Source: Hydrolagus colliei | Taxonomy: Eukaryota | Reading direction: 5' to 3' | Assembly (NCBI GenBank): GCA_035084275.1 | Contig: CM068748.1 | Coordinates: 16,244,001-16,308,000, forward strand | Length of the DNA: 64,000 bases | In this document: in pieces, positions 13,084 to 26,965 of the stretch | Position numbering within the stretch: the stretch's first letter is position 1 | How the letters are laid out: each line of letters opens with the position of its first letter | The notes under the pieces: model-generated | Databases searched by the model: none | What the model was told of the DNA's origin: nothing | The model's input: the letters and a program-made list of their open reading frames with translations, nothing else | Position numbers and translations under genes: made by a program

Positions 13084-13245
13084 ATAATGATAATCCTTGC
13101 ATTTGATATGGTCTCGATGTCTCAAAGCACTTCACTGGATATGCTGTAACGTTGTTTTGACTGTGTATTGTGTGGGTAAAACGCAGCAGCCAATTGCACA
13201 CAGCAATGTCTCACAAACAGCCATGGAGTGAGTGATCAATTTGGA
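13084..13245 (-). mobile_element. Family A SINE fragment
   Basis: taatccttgcatttgatat..aaagcacttcac..gcagcagccaattgcacacagcaatgtctcacaaacag. Confidence 0.75.
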
Positions 13246-14289
13246 GGAATTTGTTGGTTAGACTCTTAAGTGAATATCTACCAACTCCCTCCTTCCCTCC
13301 ATACTCAGCTTCTTCTAAAGTTAAAGATCCTTTGACCATATTTGAAAAAAGAAAGTTTCTCCCAACATAATTGGCTTTACAATCCACCAGGTAAATTAAT
13401 CATTCACATCAATGCCTGATTGTGAGATTTCTCTGTGTGTCAATTGGCTGTCAAGTTCACCAACAAAAATACTATGCTATGTAAGGATTATTATTAAAGT
13501 GCAGGGTTCAACATGAATGCTCCTCAATTTTAAAAAAAGTTTAATTTTGATTAATATAGATCTTCCTTCAAAACTGATAGAATTTGCCATATTTTTGCTT
13601 TAATAGGGTGCATTGATACAACTAATGGAAGAATTGAATCAGGAAAGTAACTGAGTGTGGCTGAATGAAAATATATACAGGTTAGTTGAAGCCACATAAT
13701 CGCTGAAGCATCCTGTCACTGACAATAGCGGTGCCGACATTAATTTAATCTCAGTAACTCCACCCAGCTAATTCCTCCACTAATTATCTGTATTTAGTCA
13801 TTGACTGAAACAAATTGAACAACTAAAATTCCCCAAAATAATTTATATTAAATTGTGATTCCGTGATATTTAAAGAGTAGTCGTTGTACTTGTGGTAGAC
13901 TCCCTCTTAGTTTTAATAGGCTGCTGCAGAATGGGATCAAAATAATTAGGCAAATTATATCATGTTGCGATACATTAAAATAGTAAATGTGAAGTACAAT
14001 TTTTCTTTCAATTTAGCTGTTATTTTGTTGGTGCCAACCACCTGAGATTGTAGACTCTAGTTTGGGGTACAATTTCACAGCCACCAGCTGCCTCTGATGC
14101 CTTGTCCAAGTTGACTGTTCTTGAAGTGTGGACAATGGACAGTGTTGGCAGACGATGTGTTCACAGTAGCCAAGCCTAATTGAATCTTTACCCAGCTTTC
14201 ATACATTGGATTCCCATGATTCATGTGAGAATCATAAACCACACAAAATTGTACACTCTGTACTCCTTGACCTTGCCACACCTTCGTAT

Positions 14290-14825
14290 CCCATTCTTTG
14301 CCAGTAATTATTCAATTTTTAAAAAATGGATTAACAAAGTCACATATTTAAACTATCGAATTAATCTCAGCAACCCTGAGTTTGTGAAGCAAATAAATAA
14401 AGTTCTCAAATTCTACAATCTCATTCCAAACGTTATCAATTTCCTTCGACATTGTCCTTTCCTTGTGCCTGATCACGTCTTCTTTCAATCTTCGTTTGAA
14501 AACTGGTTCAGCTCTGTGAGTTCCACTGACAATCTGGAGCCCTGAGTCCCGAAGAAACCATTGTTACTATGGTAGAAACCTTCTCTAATGCATGTTTGAT
14601 GTCATCCACAAATCCTATATTTTCTCAATCCATGTAAAATTGCCAGAACTGACCCTTGAAACCTTCACTTATCGCTGGCTCCAATCAAAGCTTTGTTCAT
14701 TCTCACTTACTACATGCTATTGCTCAACCAGTTTTGAGCCAGTTAACTAACTTGCTACAAATTACAAAACCTTACATTTTCTTTATAAATCTCATAAAGG
14801 GAGCTTTATCAATAGACTTGCAATA
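14290..14825 (-). mobile_element. Highly decayed CR1-like LINE fragment
   Basis: Scattered CR1-like strings (cacatatttaaact, ccattgttac, tttgatgtcatccaca, agctttatcaa); no intact reading frame. Confidence 0.35.
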
Positions 14826-17371
14826 ATAAGAAACAAAATAATTCAACCAATGAACACTTTGATATGTTTTCTATTGGGTGAGTTGCAAATAGTTTATTGA
14901 ACAGTCACAGGTTTCCTGTCTCAGGACATGTAATGGAGAGGTTATGTACTCACACTATGCAACCCTGATAATACATTTCCATGGCAGTCAATAATTCATA
15001 ATGATATATTTTGGACTTTAGTTGCAGTATTGAACAATACTGCTTCACATGCAATTTAATTACTAATCAAACATTCTACCCAACAATAATATTTGACAAC
15101 ACCTTAGCTAATATAAAATCTTCCAGTTGCAATGCTAAAAAGCCAATATTGTTATATAAAATACGCAAGTTAAAGTATACAAGTGCATTGTGTTAACTAC
15201 ATTGATATTTTCCACAAGTCATGGTACTGAAGGAGTACCACCTGTTTGGCTTTGGAATACTTCAATGTATCAATCTGTCCAGAATTATAGTGACAACAAT
15301 TGTTTTGAAGGACAGTCCTTCAAGTCCCCATTCTTGCCTTGTCCTGTTAACTTGATTCAGATAATAATTCCTAAGGTAAATCTAACTTCTATGGCATATA
15401 TCTAGTAAATAAGTTACTCAGTTACCATTACTTAAAACTAAGGCTGTGACATGCCCCCATAAAAATGATGTGTATTGGAAAAAAAAGACAAAAACTATTC
15501 TGTATAGGTAAAGCATCAACTTGAACTTTGGAATTTCCAGTCTCTGGATTGTCTCCTTTATTGTAATCAGTTTTCATTACAGCTCTTTGATCTCTATCCT
15601 TTCTTTGTACACAACACTTCATCACCCTTATTTTGTGCCATAATTGCTTGAGAAAGATTTCTTCTTTGATAGAGGTTGGATGCCAAATCACTATTGGAAA
15701 GAGTGTTGAAAAGTGTCATATGTGCCGTCTGTGTTTTTTTTATAAAATCCATACACCTGCAGAAGAAAAACAATTTTTCATAGATATGACATATCTATCA
15801 TCCCTCTGCAGGATATGAGCTGTTCTGTGTGCTTAATAGTGAGGGCTTTGCATGGTGGAATACTAAGTGCTGAAAGAAATTTGCAGCATGTTACACACTG
15901 TCTGGCAGCCTTCCCCGACCTCATCTCATCTAGCCCTCTGATAATTCACAATTTGTGTTCCACAGGGCTCATCACTCTAGCTGAGAGAGTGCCTAGATGG
16001 GGCCCTGTCTCTGCTCTCTGTCAGTCTGTCAGTCAGGTGTGTCTGTCTCCCATCACCTACTGACAGAACCACATGCTTCTCAATTATAGCCTAGCCACCG
16101 TTTTCACTGATTTCAACAACTGATGAAGACATTAATTCTAACATGTTTATACCAAGATATCAGAACCTCCCCCTTTGGATTTCTAAAATATCCCAAAGAA
16201 GAAGAAGAAATAGGATGATTCCTGCACTCCCCCCAAAAAATAGAACTCCTACTTTGGCACCACACATCTCTATTGACATCAGAAATGATAATATCTATCA
16301 GCGATCTGCCAACTCCCAAGTGGATTGGGTGGAGAACAAAGGCACGACTGTCTCTCTCTGTTGCGGTTACAAGGAGATGTTGATGTACCTGCCATTCAGG
16401 TGCAAATAGTATCATCATGACTGCATAAATCAAGGCTTTTAGCCACTCAAACCACCCACTGAAAATGGGCTCCGTTTGCCTTTTCTGTTCATTCCATAAA
16501 CAAAATCCAGGGATGCTGCAATCAACAGTGGAGCAGACAGTAACGAGAGACAAAAGCAAGCATTAGCTATACTTGCCATTGGTATAAATAGTTGAGGTGA
16601 TGATTAATGACTTGAGGGAAAGCATTAGCCGGCGTGATGAACAGAGACAAAGCCTGTCTGCTCAGCTGCCCACAAACAAGACAGGCTGCATCCACATAAC
16701 CGCTGAAAGTGACAAACAAAAAAAAGGCAATGCAATGGACAGCACATGAAGACTTAATTGAACCCCAATGGCTCCTCAGAGCTTTATTAACACTTTGACA
16801 TTCTCAGATGATGAGGTCAAAAAGGCTCCAAGCATGCATTTGTTGAAAAAAGTGCACATTGATGTGCTACAGTCAGACATTAAACTATATAGAGGAGAAG
16901 ATGGGGTGACCCAAAAGGACACTTCAATGTTCAGATGTCAAATGTGCCAAAACTGAGTTAGTTAAAAGAAGTTTATTTTCTGTCTCAACAAAGAGAGAGA
17001 AGCAAAAAGCTGAAATACCCCAGCAGGGATTTCTCCACAGGCTTTTCACACGCTATAGCTTCATTGGAAGATCTTCATGTTAAAACAATAAAACAGAACA
17101 GTGTACATCAGTTTGGGGAAATAAAATTGCAAGCTTGCGAGTTCGATGCTTGCAAAGGATGTTTGTCTAAGTTTTGAGCTTGCAATGCTCAAAAATGTCT
17201 GGGAATAACATTTTTAAAACTCGTCAAAAGAAAAAGTATTCTTTTACAGAAAATAAACTCACGCTTTTACATTGCCTCATTAAAAGTGGTTTTGAGAGTT
17301 GGTGGCATGCCTTTATTATAACTCACAAACATAATGGAGATGTAATGGTCCTTCGCTTCAGTTCCTCTATT

Positions 17372-17435
17372 GGCGGGGGAGGGTGGGAGGGGGGGTGGAA
17401 GGGGGGAGTGGGGAGCGCGGGGAGGGAATGGGAGG
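17372..17435 (+). repeat. G-rich tract with G-quadruplex potential
   Basis: Nine runs of 3 or more G separated by short loops. Confidence 0.7.
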
Positions 17436-20400
17436 TTATGCTGGGAAAACTGAAAAGTTCTGTAAATCAATAAGTTAAATATAACATTGGGTTTAGTTTG
17501 AAACAATTGCAGATGCTGTCAGTGGAAGATCAGGAAATACCTAATCAGAAATCTCAGATAGTTTTAAGACACACTGCTACAATGGAGGATTAATTCTGAA
17601 TAATTACCTTTCCTCATGCAGAGTTATGTCTATAATCACAATCACTGCCTTTATATTCTCTAAGTTTGAAATGGAAGCTGGGGAATTTTTTGAAAACTCA
17701 TAAAAAAATACATAAAATTTTTCATAAATATTAATGGCTTGGGACTGATGTGATAGAACATTTGTATGTGTCATCATATTAAGTGTCAAAATAGCAGTAA
17801 CAATTTATGAAATAAAAAAGCTCTAAATCATCCAAATAGGTATCAGATCTTTAGTTTGCTATCTTTTACAGCCCACGAAGAAAAAAAATGTCATGAAATT
17901 GAACAGGCCAATAGTTAATACAAATCATTGAGCACGTCACTGTCAATTGAGGGAGATTGATTTTCAAATTGATGACAAGAGGATAATACCTTAATTCTAC
18001 ATATTAAAATACTGCGGCCCAATAAGTAAAAATAGCTTTGAACGGTAGCTTTAGCCTGCATTGCAGGTCTGAAAAGGATAATCTTATAAGAATGGTAAAG
18101 TGACATATCACAGCTCAACATTCTGCATGGAACACAGCATTGAGCATTGAGGCATTTTTAATCTAAGTTATCTTAGATGAACAATTGGCTGTAAAATATT
18201 ATTAAGATTACTGCTTTACCCCAATGAAGAATTTATAATCTCCTTTGCAACCTTTAGTCTTCATCATATTTAATGGATTACTTTGAAGTTTGTATGGATT
18301 ACTTTGAAGTGGAAATGACAGAAACTATTTAAAACTTAGTCACATTGATTCTTATTGTGACAGGAAGCTTACTGAGTTTATGCTCTCCTCATATGGAAAA
18401 ACAGAACATCTTGTAGCAGCAGTGAGCTATCCAAGCCCTGCTGACTACTTCCAATTCTACCATCAGTTTTACCATTATGCTATAAAGTGCTGAGTATTTA
18501 CCTTAAATAAATAGCCATTACTTCCCTTCAAGGGCAGTTCCCATCTTGAAACTAAGCTGTACAGATCAGGAAGGTCAATCCCAAATCTATGATAACCTTA
18601 GCAGTGGCCTCTTGGGATGCTGCAGTTGGGTTTTAGTATCTCGGGATAGGAAAAGGACATCTGGACACACATGTCTGCCCTTTGTTCTGTGATTTCTTAT
18701 ACTCATGGTATGGGTCTTTCTTGATAGTTTAATAGAATGTGTGGTTGGGTTAGCTCATGATGCCAGCAGAGCACTAAAGTCATCTTCATCGCTACTGGAA
18801 TAGGAAGAGAGACAGGGAAATCTCATCATTAACTGCCACTTTCAGAAAAGGAAACTTCGGGAATGGGGAGGCAGAATTCACCTTTTTCACGATTGAACAT
18901 ATTGTTAGAAATTATCTTAACTGCAGACTCTACGTGGAAAAAATTATATACAGTAATGTAGACAGGTGTTTCATACATTAGAAATATATAATATTTATGG
19001 TAACTTGTACACATGAGTTATGAGACAGAGATACTGGAGAGTAAGACCTTCAGCTAACAGCACTACTGAGTCATTATCTTCACAATACAGATAATACAAC
19101 AAATCATTTACAATCACTATTTAAGTAACATATACGACCAGATTTTGAGCTTCACACCCAGCTCGTATTGCAAAATTGAATTGAATGCAGTCAAGTGGAC
19201 TCATCCAGATGTTTATCTGATAATTACTTCTAGATGCGCTTGAGAACTCCAAATGCAGTGTTTACATATCTAATATTTATTGAATTAAGGACATTATTAA
19301 TTATCCAAAGAATTTTAAAAGCAAGCTAATTTTCACTTTCAGTAGCATTACCTATTTCTGCTTTGTTTCATTTTGGCTTTGTTCTCCAAATGGTTTTGAA
19401 GCTCATACTTTTGTGACTATTTAGAAACAAGTACAGTAACATTTAGATTTAGATTGTCCCAATGTGAAGTGCAAAGGATTGACCAAATGTGAAGCACAAA
19501 GGGTACTTAGGTTTTTAAAAGGTTAATATTCATTTTGACTTGATATGTATGCATTGCATCCCAGTAATAAGAATTATAAAGTGTACTATAACGATATTTG
19601 CACACTTTACAGTCTCGTTACCTTGTATGTATAGCCCATTAAAAAACAAATAAATATGATATATGATATAATTATTGATTTGCTACCACTGTTGAAAAGC
19701 ACTGCACTCAGCTGCATAAACATGATGTTTCCAAAATGTAAATTTAACATAATACAACATTACAGGCTGCGGCTTACTTACAGCTTCCAGTTATACATTT
19801 TTTTAAGATTAAAACAATAATTTCCAGCAAGCGGTAGAGAATGTTTGGCAAAATGAAGAACTCCATTTGCAAGAGTTTATGGGTTTTGAGAACCTGCTGC
19901 TTTTAAGTGCAGTGATAAATGCAACACAACACTCTGATTTGGTGCAAGACTTTTGTTTCTAGGGAAATTTCTTCTTTTTAACTAAGTACTCAATCATATC
20001 GTACAGTTCATTCCTTCCCACAACTCCCCCCACCACCACCCCCACCCCACCCCCACCCAAACACGTAATAGATTTATCTTTCAAATAAATGAAACAAGAT
20101 TATTTACTGCTTTTCATTTCACATTTTGTTGCAACAGATACATCTACTGATTAATTTTTCAAAAGCACTGCATACAGTCTCTTCATCTTGAGAATTCAAT
20201 GTGTGTAAATAAATGAAGCATAAATGCATGTACTTCCTCCATTGAGCAGAATGTTTTCAAAAACAAATCCCACAAAAAATCCCATACATCTAACAGAAAC
20301 TTTCTGCAGGTCAGACAAAATACTTTAAGTAGAACCCACATTATTGAGTTTTACTGATGTACAGTAATTTGAATATCTAGAACGTCAATAATTAGTTTCT

Positions 20401-21050
20401 TGCTACTTGTAACAGAAAGATTTGTCGACACCCAACAGATATTGAGTTCCAACATCTAATGACATCTTTTGACTTTTGTATTGGGCAGCGATATTGCCAT
20501 ATGGAAAATTACTGCACCTCATTCACATTTAAAATGAGCTGCACATTACCAACAGTAAGTTATGTCTGCTTGGCAGCTTAATACTGCAGTTTAGATGCAC
20601 AAGTTCTCATGGACAGGGGCCAGAAATCATACAGCTTATCCAGTCTAGGATCACCCCCAACTAGAACTCAGCGAAATGCCATAAATTCAGGTTAAAACTT
20701 TTCATTTAAACTAAGAACTCTGTTAAAGATTTTTCAAACAATCATTTGTCAAAGTCTCCAATTAAGCTACCCTGAGTGAAAGATCAGTGAAAGGATTTTA
20801 CTAATAAATGTCAAATTGTTTGTGCAGCATTGCACTGTAACAATTCAGAAAACCACCTCAAACCTTTTTTAGAAACATCCCACCCACCCCCCGAACACAA
20901 TTAAGAATTCAAAAGTTGAATTAAGTCTGTTGTGTAATTTTCCACCATTATACTTGCATTCCCGCAACGTGATGAAAAAAAAGCTATACTGTGTACAAAG
21001 CACTAAACACATTAATTCATCTGCCAGTTTATTGATAAGTCATACTTTAT

Positions 21051-21535
21051 ACAACAACAAAATGCATTTATGTAGCACCTATCACATCAGGAGGATATCC
21101 CGAGGTGCTAGGCAGTCAAGGGTTTGCACCCAAGCTCCGAGTTGTATTTGGAAGGAGGGGCAATGGGGAGAAAGATGACCCAAAACTTGGTCAAAGCGAA
21201 GTTCTTCAGGCAGACCTTCAAGAAGGCGAGGTAAGGGGTGAGGCAGAGTGACTTTGGGATGGATTTCCAGAGTATGGAGGCAGAAAGTTTAAAAGCCTGA
21301 ATCCAGTACCTGCCACGTTGAGGGAGTGGGTGGGTTTGTAAGGTTTTGAAAAGTCACAGAGATAGGATGGGGTAAAACTGTGGAGGGATTTAAAAGCGAG
21401 GAAGATCTTCAATTCGATTTCTGGGGGGATGGGGAGCCAATGGAGCTGGGCAAAGATGGGGGTGATAGGCTCACGGAGTCTATTGTGATGGAGGACAAGA
21501 GCTGCAAAGTTTTGGATGGTATACAGAATGTTGCA
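21051..21535 (-). mobile_element. L2 LINE 3' fragment (ORF2 C-terminus and tail)
   Basis: ORF 21218..21550 contains PITPIFAQLHWLPI..IELKI..FKSLH..PSYLCD..PY.P, the typical L2 ORF2 C-terminal motif; the tail reads acaacaacaaaatgcatttatgtagcacc on the + strand. Confidence 0.85.
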
Positions 21536-24074
21536 TTCATTAATTAACATTTCATTGAATTATGTTTAAACATACATAATTGCCAGGTTAAAACACTAAA
21601 GGAGAATTTGTTGAGTACTGTATTGTTAAAAATATAATGACTCTGGTATAAATAAAATAGTGCATTAAAGCATGAATGTGTGTTCAACCCAACAGAATCG
21701 AGACAGATTGTACTCCAAATGTACAGATTTCCAACAGGACTCCTCCATGAGGAAATCAAATGCGGAGCTTCTTCTGTGTAACCGAAAGCCACGGAAACAC
21801 TGCTTGGAAAGTAGGTTTTTTTCAGAGCTGAGAGTCTGCAGCTTGGCATGACGGATCTCTGGTTTTCTTAGTGAAGACTCCTGCCACATGTTAAACCCCG
21901 GCTTGATTCTGAATCTATGCCCTGCTGTGGGGAAGTTGGAAGTGGAGACCAGGTATTTCATCGCAAGGAATGAAAAAATGGGGTATTATCCACCAATAGA
22001 TCTCACTCCTTTCAATCATTGGTTTTAGATCAGCAACTATTCCCCTAACCTCCAGAATTTCCACCCTCTACCAATTTGGTTTGCTCCTTCACGTCCCACA
22101 TCAAATTCTACCTCTTCAAAGATACCTAAGGCCATTTCCCTCTCCTCCTGTTCCTCTCCCTTACCAACCTCCATTCCCGAAAAGTGCTCAAAGACCATAT
22201 GTGATGGTCGCAATATAAATGCAAGTTGTTGCTGTAGTTGGGAGACGTCTGCAAACAGGTTGCAGAGTGTGGGAATGTTATGTTTAAAATGCAGTCATCC
22301 AATATAACTGAAACTTCTACAATACCCAAAAAACCCCAAACAGCAATATTCTATGCTTGTAAAACATCCATAATTCGGTTTTCATTTCACATGCGCTGAA
22401 AACATGGTAGGCAATCTGATCTACGGGACCAGACTGCCTCCAAATAACTCGGCTTGATGGGCAGATTTTGTGACCTATAAACCAGTTGATCAATGCGTGG
22501 TTGACTGCATCATCTGAAACCTTTGAATAGATTACTGCCTTGTAATACAATTACAGGCAGGCATTATCCTTTATTTGATTTACTTACTGCTGAAACGAAA
22601 GGCATCTCCTGCTTTCTACAAATGCATCAATGACAGGGTTTGCACGTTCAAGAATGAGCAGCCAACTGCTTTTAATCAGAGGTTTGCCTGCAGTCCAGGA
22701 ATGGAGACAAGCTGGCGAGGCCTGATGAGGGAGCTCGGAGACTGATATCAAAATCATCAGTTTGTACTGAACTCAATAACCCAAACAGCCTCCATTTCCA
22801 CAAGCACCATCCTGCCTTTTGTTCTGACAGAGATAAGATGTATAAATTATGAGTGGTTGAGAAAGTATACTCCGGTGCCCGAGGCAGCTCATCAATCATT
22901 TTCAGCATGTCGGCAGGTAACTGATGTGGCCCCTGCAGGCACTTCCCATTCAGGTAAGAGGCAAAGAATAAAAGCATTGCCAAAGGACAAACACAGCAGC
23001 AGAGCTTTATTTAAGATTTTTTTTTACTTGGAAGTTGTTTATCTTAAGATATCCGCGGTTTTCCCAAACTTGCTTCTCTTGGATTTGGAGGGCTGCACAG
23101 CTCATCGGTGCTAAACAATAATTGCTGTCATAGATGAAACACGGCTCTGGAGACCACCCATTGACTGGTTTGTGTAAGGTGGGGCGGAGCTAGTCTCTTG
23201 TTCTTCTGTCTCCAGTCAACTTCAAAGGCCCCCAAGTGTCATTGGATTCCCTTAAATTATTGCAGGCTTTGGCCAAGCTACACTGGGTCTCAACACACAC
23301 AAATTAAAAAATACTCCAATTACTGCCTACAGATCATTCCCCATCTTTCCAATTCTGGCTCTGCGCCAGAGCTTTCAATGTTCTTTGCTTTTCCCAAACA
23401 GAAACCTGAAGCAAATTAGTTTACCGAGTGTGAGACTGACATTGTGGATAGACTGATCTCTTTACTTTAGTCACTTGTTCAGTGTAATCAGATTGGTTGG
23501 GTGGGAGTGGGGGGGTTTGAAGAAGTGCTGGTGCTGGTGTAAGCTGACATTTCGGCTGAGCTTTTAATGTGTCAAGATCAGGCTGGGTCTTACTGATCAG
23601 CAGGTCACCACCAGAAGAAAGATCCTTCAGTGTCAAAGGGCTCCGACCGAGATGTGACAATGTGATTGTTTTCACCTCCAATACAAATAAAGGAAAAAAA
23701 TGTAATCTCTTCAAAAGCTTTAACTCGCAATAGGTCAATTGCCAGACATCTTGCATATTTGACACAGCTGCTGCTGTATTAATTAAACATTGTGCTTTGT
23801 ACTAGTTTCATAAGAGACTACTTGCTTGCAATTAATATTCTTTCACCAGCCATGTGAAAATGGTTAATGTTTTTACTGTAATTACAATGATACACCTATC
23901 ACGATAAAAAAAAGTGTTGACACTTTAATACTACCAAGGAGAGCAGATTAGCAACTGCACCATGAATACTTTGTTCCTCACAGATGTTTCAGGCAAATTT
24001 TACTTCCCCCACCCCAGAGGTGAAACACAACACAGACCTCAGAGCTGAGGTTTATTCACTGAAGATCTGCTGGA

Positions 24075-24430
24075 TCATCACCATGCAGAACCAAGCCATT
24101 TAGACAAGGGAGGTCACAGGTTTGAATTCCAATCTGTTGCTGGGTTAGCTGATTTCAGACAGGGTAACAATTGAAGCATCACAATTCACATCAGCCCCCC
24201 CCCCCCACCCCCACCCCACTATGTTAGGAAGATAAAAAAAATCAACCATTGTTCCCACCTCCGATCACTACCTAAAGTTTTCTGCTAGAGGATATCCACA
24301 TGTAGATGTCCAGTCAAGAAAAAGATCAGGCGCAGGTTTGTTGTCCACGCAGTTGAATTGTCTGCTGAGATTCACTGTTGAAGCTCGTTATATGAACAAT
24401 GGCTGCTTAGGTGTGGGACTGGAACCATAC
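24075..24430 (+). mobile_element. Old SINE-like repeat, family B
   Basis: ggaggtcacaggtttgaattcc (B-box-like), ctg..gttagctgatttcag, aaaatcaacc..ttcccacctccgatcacta, ttcactgt..gaacaatggctgcttagg. Confidence 0.6.
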
Positions 24431-24929
24431 AAAAGTAGATGAAAGAAGATTCAAATGCCCTTCACATTGGGAATTAAGCAAAAATTAATGGTCATATAAT
24501 AATCCATATCCTTAAAAGTTTGATTAATGCACCAATAGGCCCCCAATATTACTTTTGCAACACTGGGTTGTGTTGTGTTACACACGAGCAGAGGATTTCA
24601 CTCTGCAAAGTAGCAACAACTTTCATAATCAAGAAAATCATTCTATTCTATCATCTTGGACCTTATGCAATTCTATTGCTTCATTGGAATAAATGTTCCT
24701 TGAATGCTTACATAAAACAAATTCTCCCTATAGTTCTTCAACTGATGCTTTCACTCAGTTGACACTTCCTCCACTGTGAAGATATTATAAAGCAACTCAT
24801 GGGACTCTTTCATCTTTTCCATTCAAGTTTCTTGAAGCTCATGACAGAACCATTGCCCTATCAGGTGGTTTTCGAAGGGATAATGCCTCAATTGCCATAA
24901 TCCCAGTAATCTGTCTATTAAAGGTCCTG

Positions 24930-25150
24930 GGTACTATTCAAAAAGAGAAGGGAGTTTCTCTCAGTGTCCTGGCCAACAATCCTCCAGGCAAAATGAGTCA
25001 TTAACTTCATGGCTGGTTGTGAGACGTTGAAGTGTACAAATTGTTGTTTACCTACAAATACACGGTACATCCTTTATAAAAACCTCTGAAGAACTTTGAA
25101 CTCTGAAGAACTCAACAATAATAGGCACTATATTAAATGCAAGGATTATT
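24930..25150 (+). mobile_element. SacSINE/DeuSINE-type fragment
   Basis: actattcaaaaagagaagggagtttctctcagtgtcctggccaaca..ggcactatattaaatgcaaggattatt. Confidence 0.65.
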
Positions 25151-26439
25151 TTTAATTTGGTTGAGAAAGAGCGAAGCTAGTGAACTGGAATAACAACAAC
25201 AAAACTACATTTGTATAGCACCCTTAATATTAAATTTGTTGTTGTTGTAAATAGTAATGCTCCTTTCTTGTCATTCATAGCCTGTGAGTCAATGTCAGGT
25301 TTAAAATTCAATGCACGTTTGTTGCTCAGAAATATAACACTTTACCACTGTCAAATGTAGTGACTGTATATTTGTAAGCCAATGTAGGAGCGCATTTGCT
25401 CCAAGCAAGTTCCACTCATAACCAAAAAGTAACTAACCAATGTAGCTGGAGGATTGTTGGCAAAGACATAAAGAGAAACTCCTTTCTTTGTTTTTGTAGT
25501 ACCTTTCCCTATTCCATCCTTCCACAGTTCCTCCTCACGCCAGCTGTGGCTCACGGTCAGCTATGTGAAGTGTTTTGAGACACCCCCGAGATGAAAGGTG
25601 ATGTGTAAATATAAAACTGCTGTTACTCTTTGGATGAGGGAGTGCATTGTTCAATGTATACTTGGGAATGTTATGATTATGTTAATTTAAAGATCATTAT
25701 ATCGCTGACAATGGGATGTGGATTATATTTTATTTCTCTCAAATCAACTGCAGCTATTCCTGTGAGGTTGCTCTCTCATCATTCCAGGTACAGCTATCCA
25801 CACACTTGAAAATTCCCTTTGCAAGAAGGAAGTTTTCAATTCACAGGTTATTTCAAATGCCGAGTGAATTATTGAGCTGCTGTAAATATACTGTTTCATG
25901 ACTCCATACAAAGAGAAATTGAAATGCGTTGCCAAATTTACTGTCAATCATTGCACAGAAACAAACACTGCTGCAGTACAACCTCATAAAGCAGCAATTG
26001 GAAAGGTTAAAGCAACTCAGTTTGCAATGTTGTAACTCTGATAAATTACATGTGATAACATCCTTTTATCAAAACAGAATCTATCAGAATTCCTTTTTAC
26101 CTAAGAGCATCGTAACAGTGGAACAGCTCGACACCAACCACTTAAATTGTTAGAAAAAGGAGCACTTCATCTTATTGAAAGGAACAGGAATATTCATTAT
26201 TATACCCACAAATAAAATCCTTGGCCATGTCTCCTGAATCACGCGTTACTCCAATGTGTGTGAATCCAGTTTATAACTTTGCATTCTTTGACTCCTCACT
26301 TAAAACAAAAACTTTCAAGCTATTTGTTATAGGTACAGTTCTTGTTTTTCCACAAATTGATGTTGTCAAATTATTTCTCAAATTTTCTCCACAATGGCAT
26401 ATGCTGATTTGGCTTGTTGTTGTCATTGTTGAACGCTAG

Positions 26440-26710
26440 TTACCCACCCACTCCGCCCAAGTGGCCGTTGTTCATGCGTGAACCTTGGCAGAGTGTCGGC
26501 AGGCCATTAGATTTTCGAAGGTACCACATCCGAGTCTGACCTCTTCACAACTGCTGTCACTATTAGAGGGTGCTTTAGAGGGACCTGGGAAGTCTGAGGC
26601 CAATTTTATTTCCTATTCAACTCCAGCCGAAACTAGCAAAAATCAGTATGGGGGAATTCAAACCAGTATATTCCTGGTCAGTAAGCTCCATTCACTACAC
26701 TATTGGAGCT
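26440..26710 (-). mobile_element. Old SINE-like repeat, family B
   Basis: cgcccaagtggccgttgttcatgcgtga..gagtgtcggcaggc..ctgaggccaatt..ggggaattcaaacc. Confidence 0.55.
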
Positions 26711-26965
26711 GGCTTACACATATTTCTGAGTTCGGTGACATCACTCTCAACAGTTCCTTCCATTCAACAGTGAGATTGCTGAATGATAATGTGCAATGTT
26801 TGAATACACCGAATCATTGTGATCCAGAAATCATTAGTCAAATTTGTTAAGCAGTTTTGGAATCTGTAAACGTTTAGTGAATTTTGTTTGCTTTTGCACA
26901 CCAAAATACATAACTTCACCGACATGACACAATTCATAAGCATCAATTCACATACAACATTATCA

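Noticed and set aside
18273-18310. 17-bp tandem duplication ATGGATTACTTTGAAGT (similar ones near 19461 and 25084)
   Set aside because: Ordinary slippage micro-duplications with no sign of function.
21544-21961. Overlapping ORFs of about 100 aa, or an antisense exon (cag at 21696, caggta at about 21950)
   Set aside because: No recognisable protein, stops in all three plus frames and a weak polypyrimidine tract.
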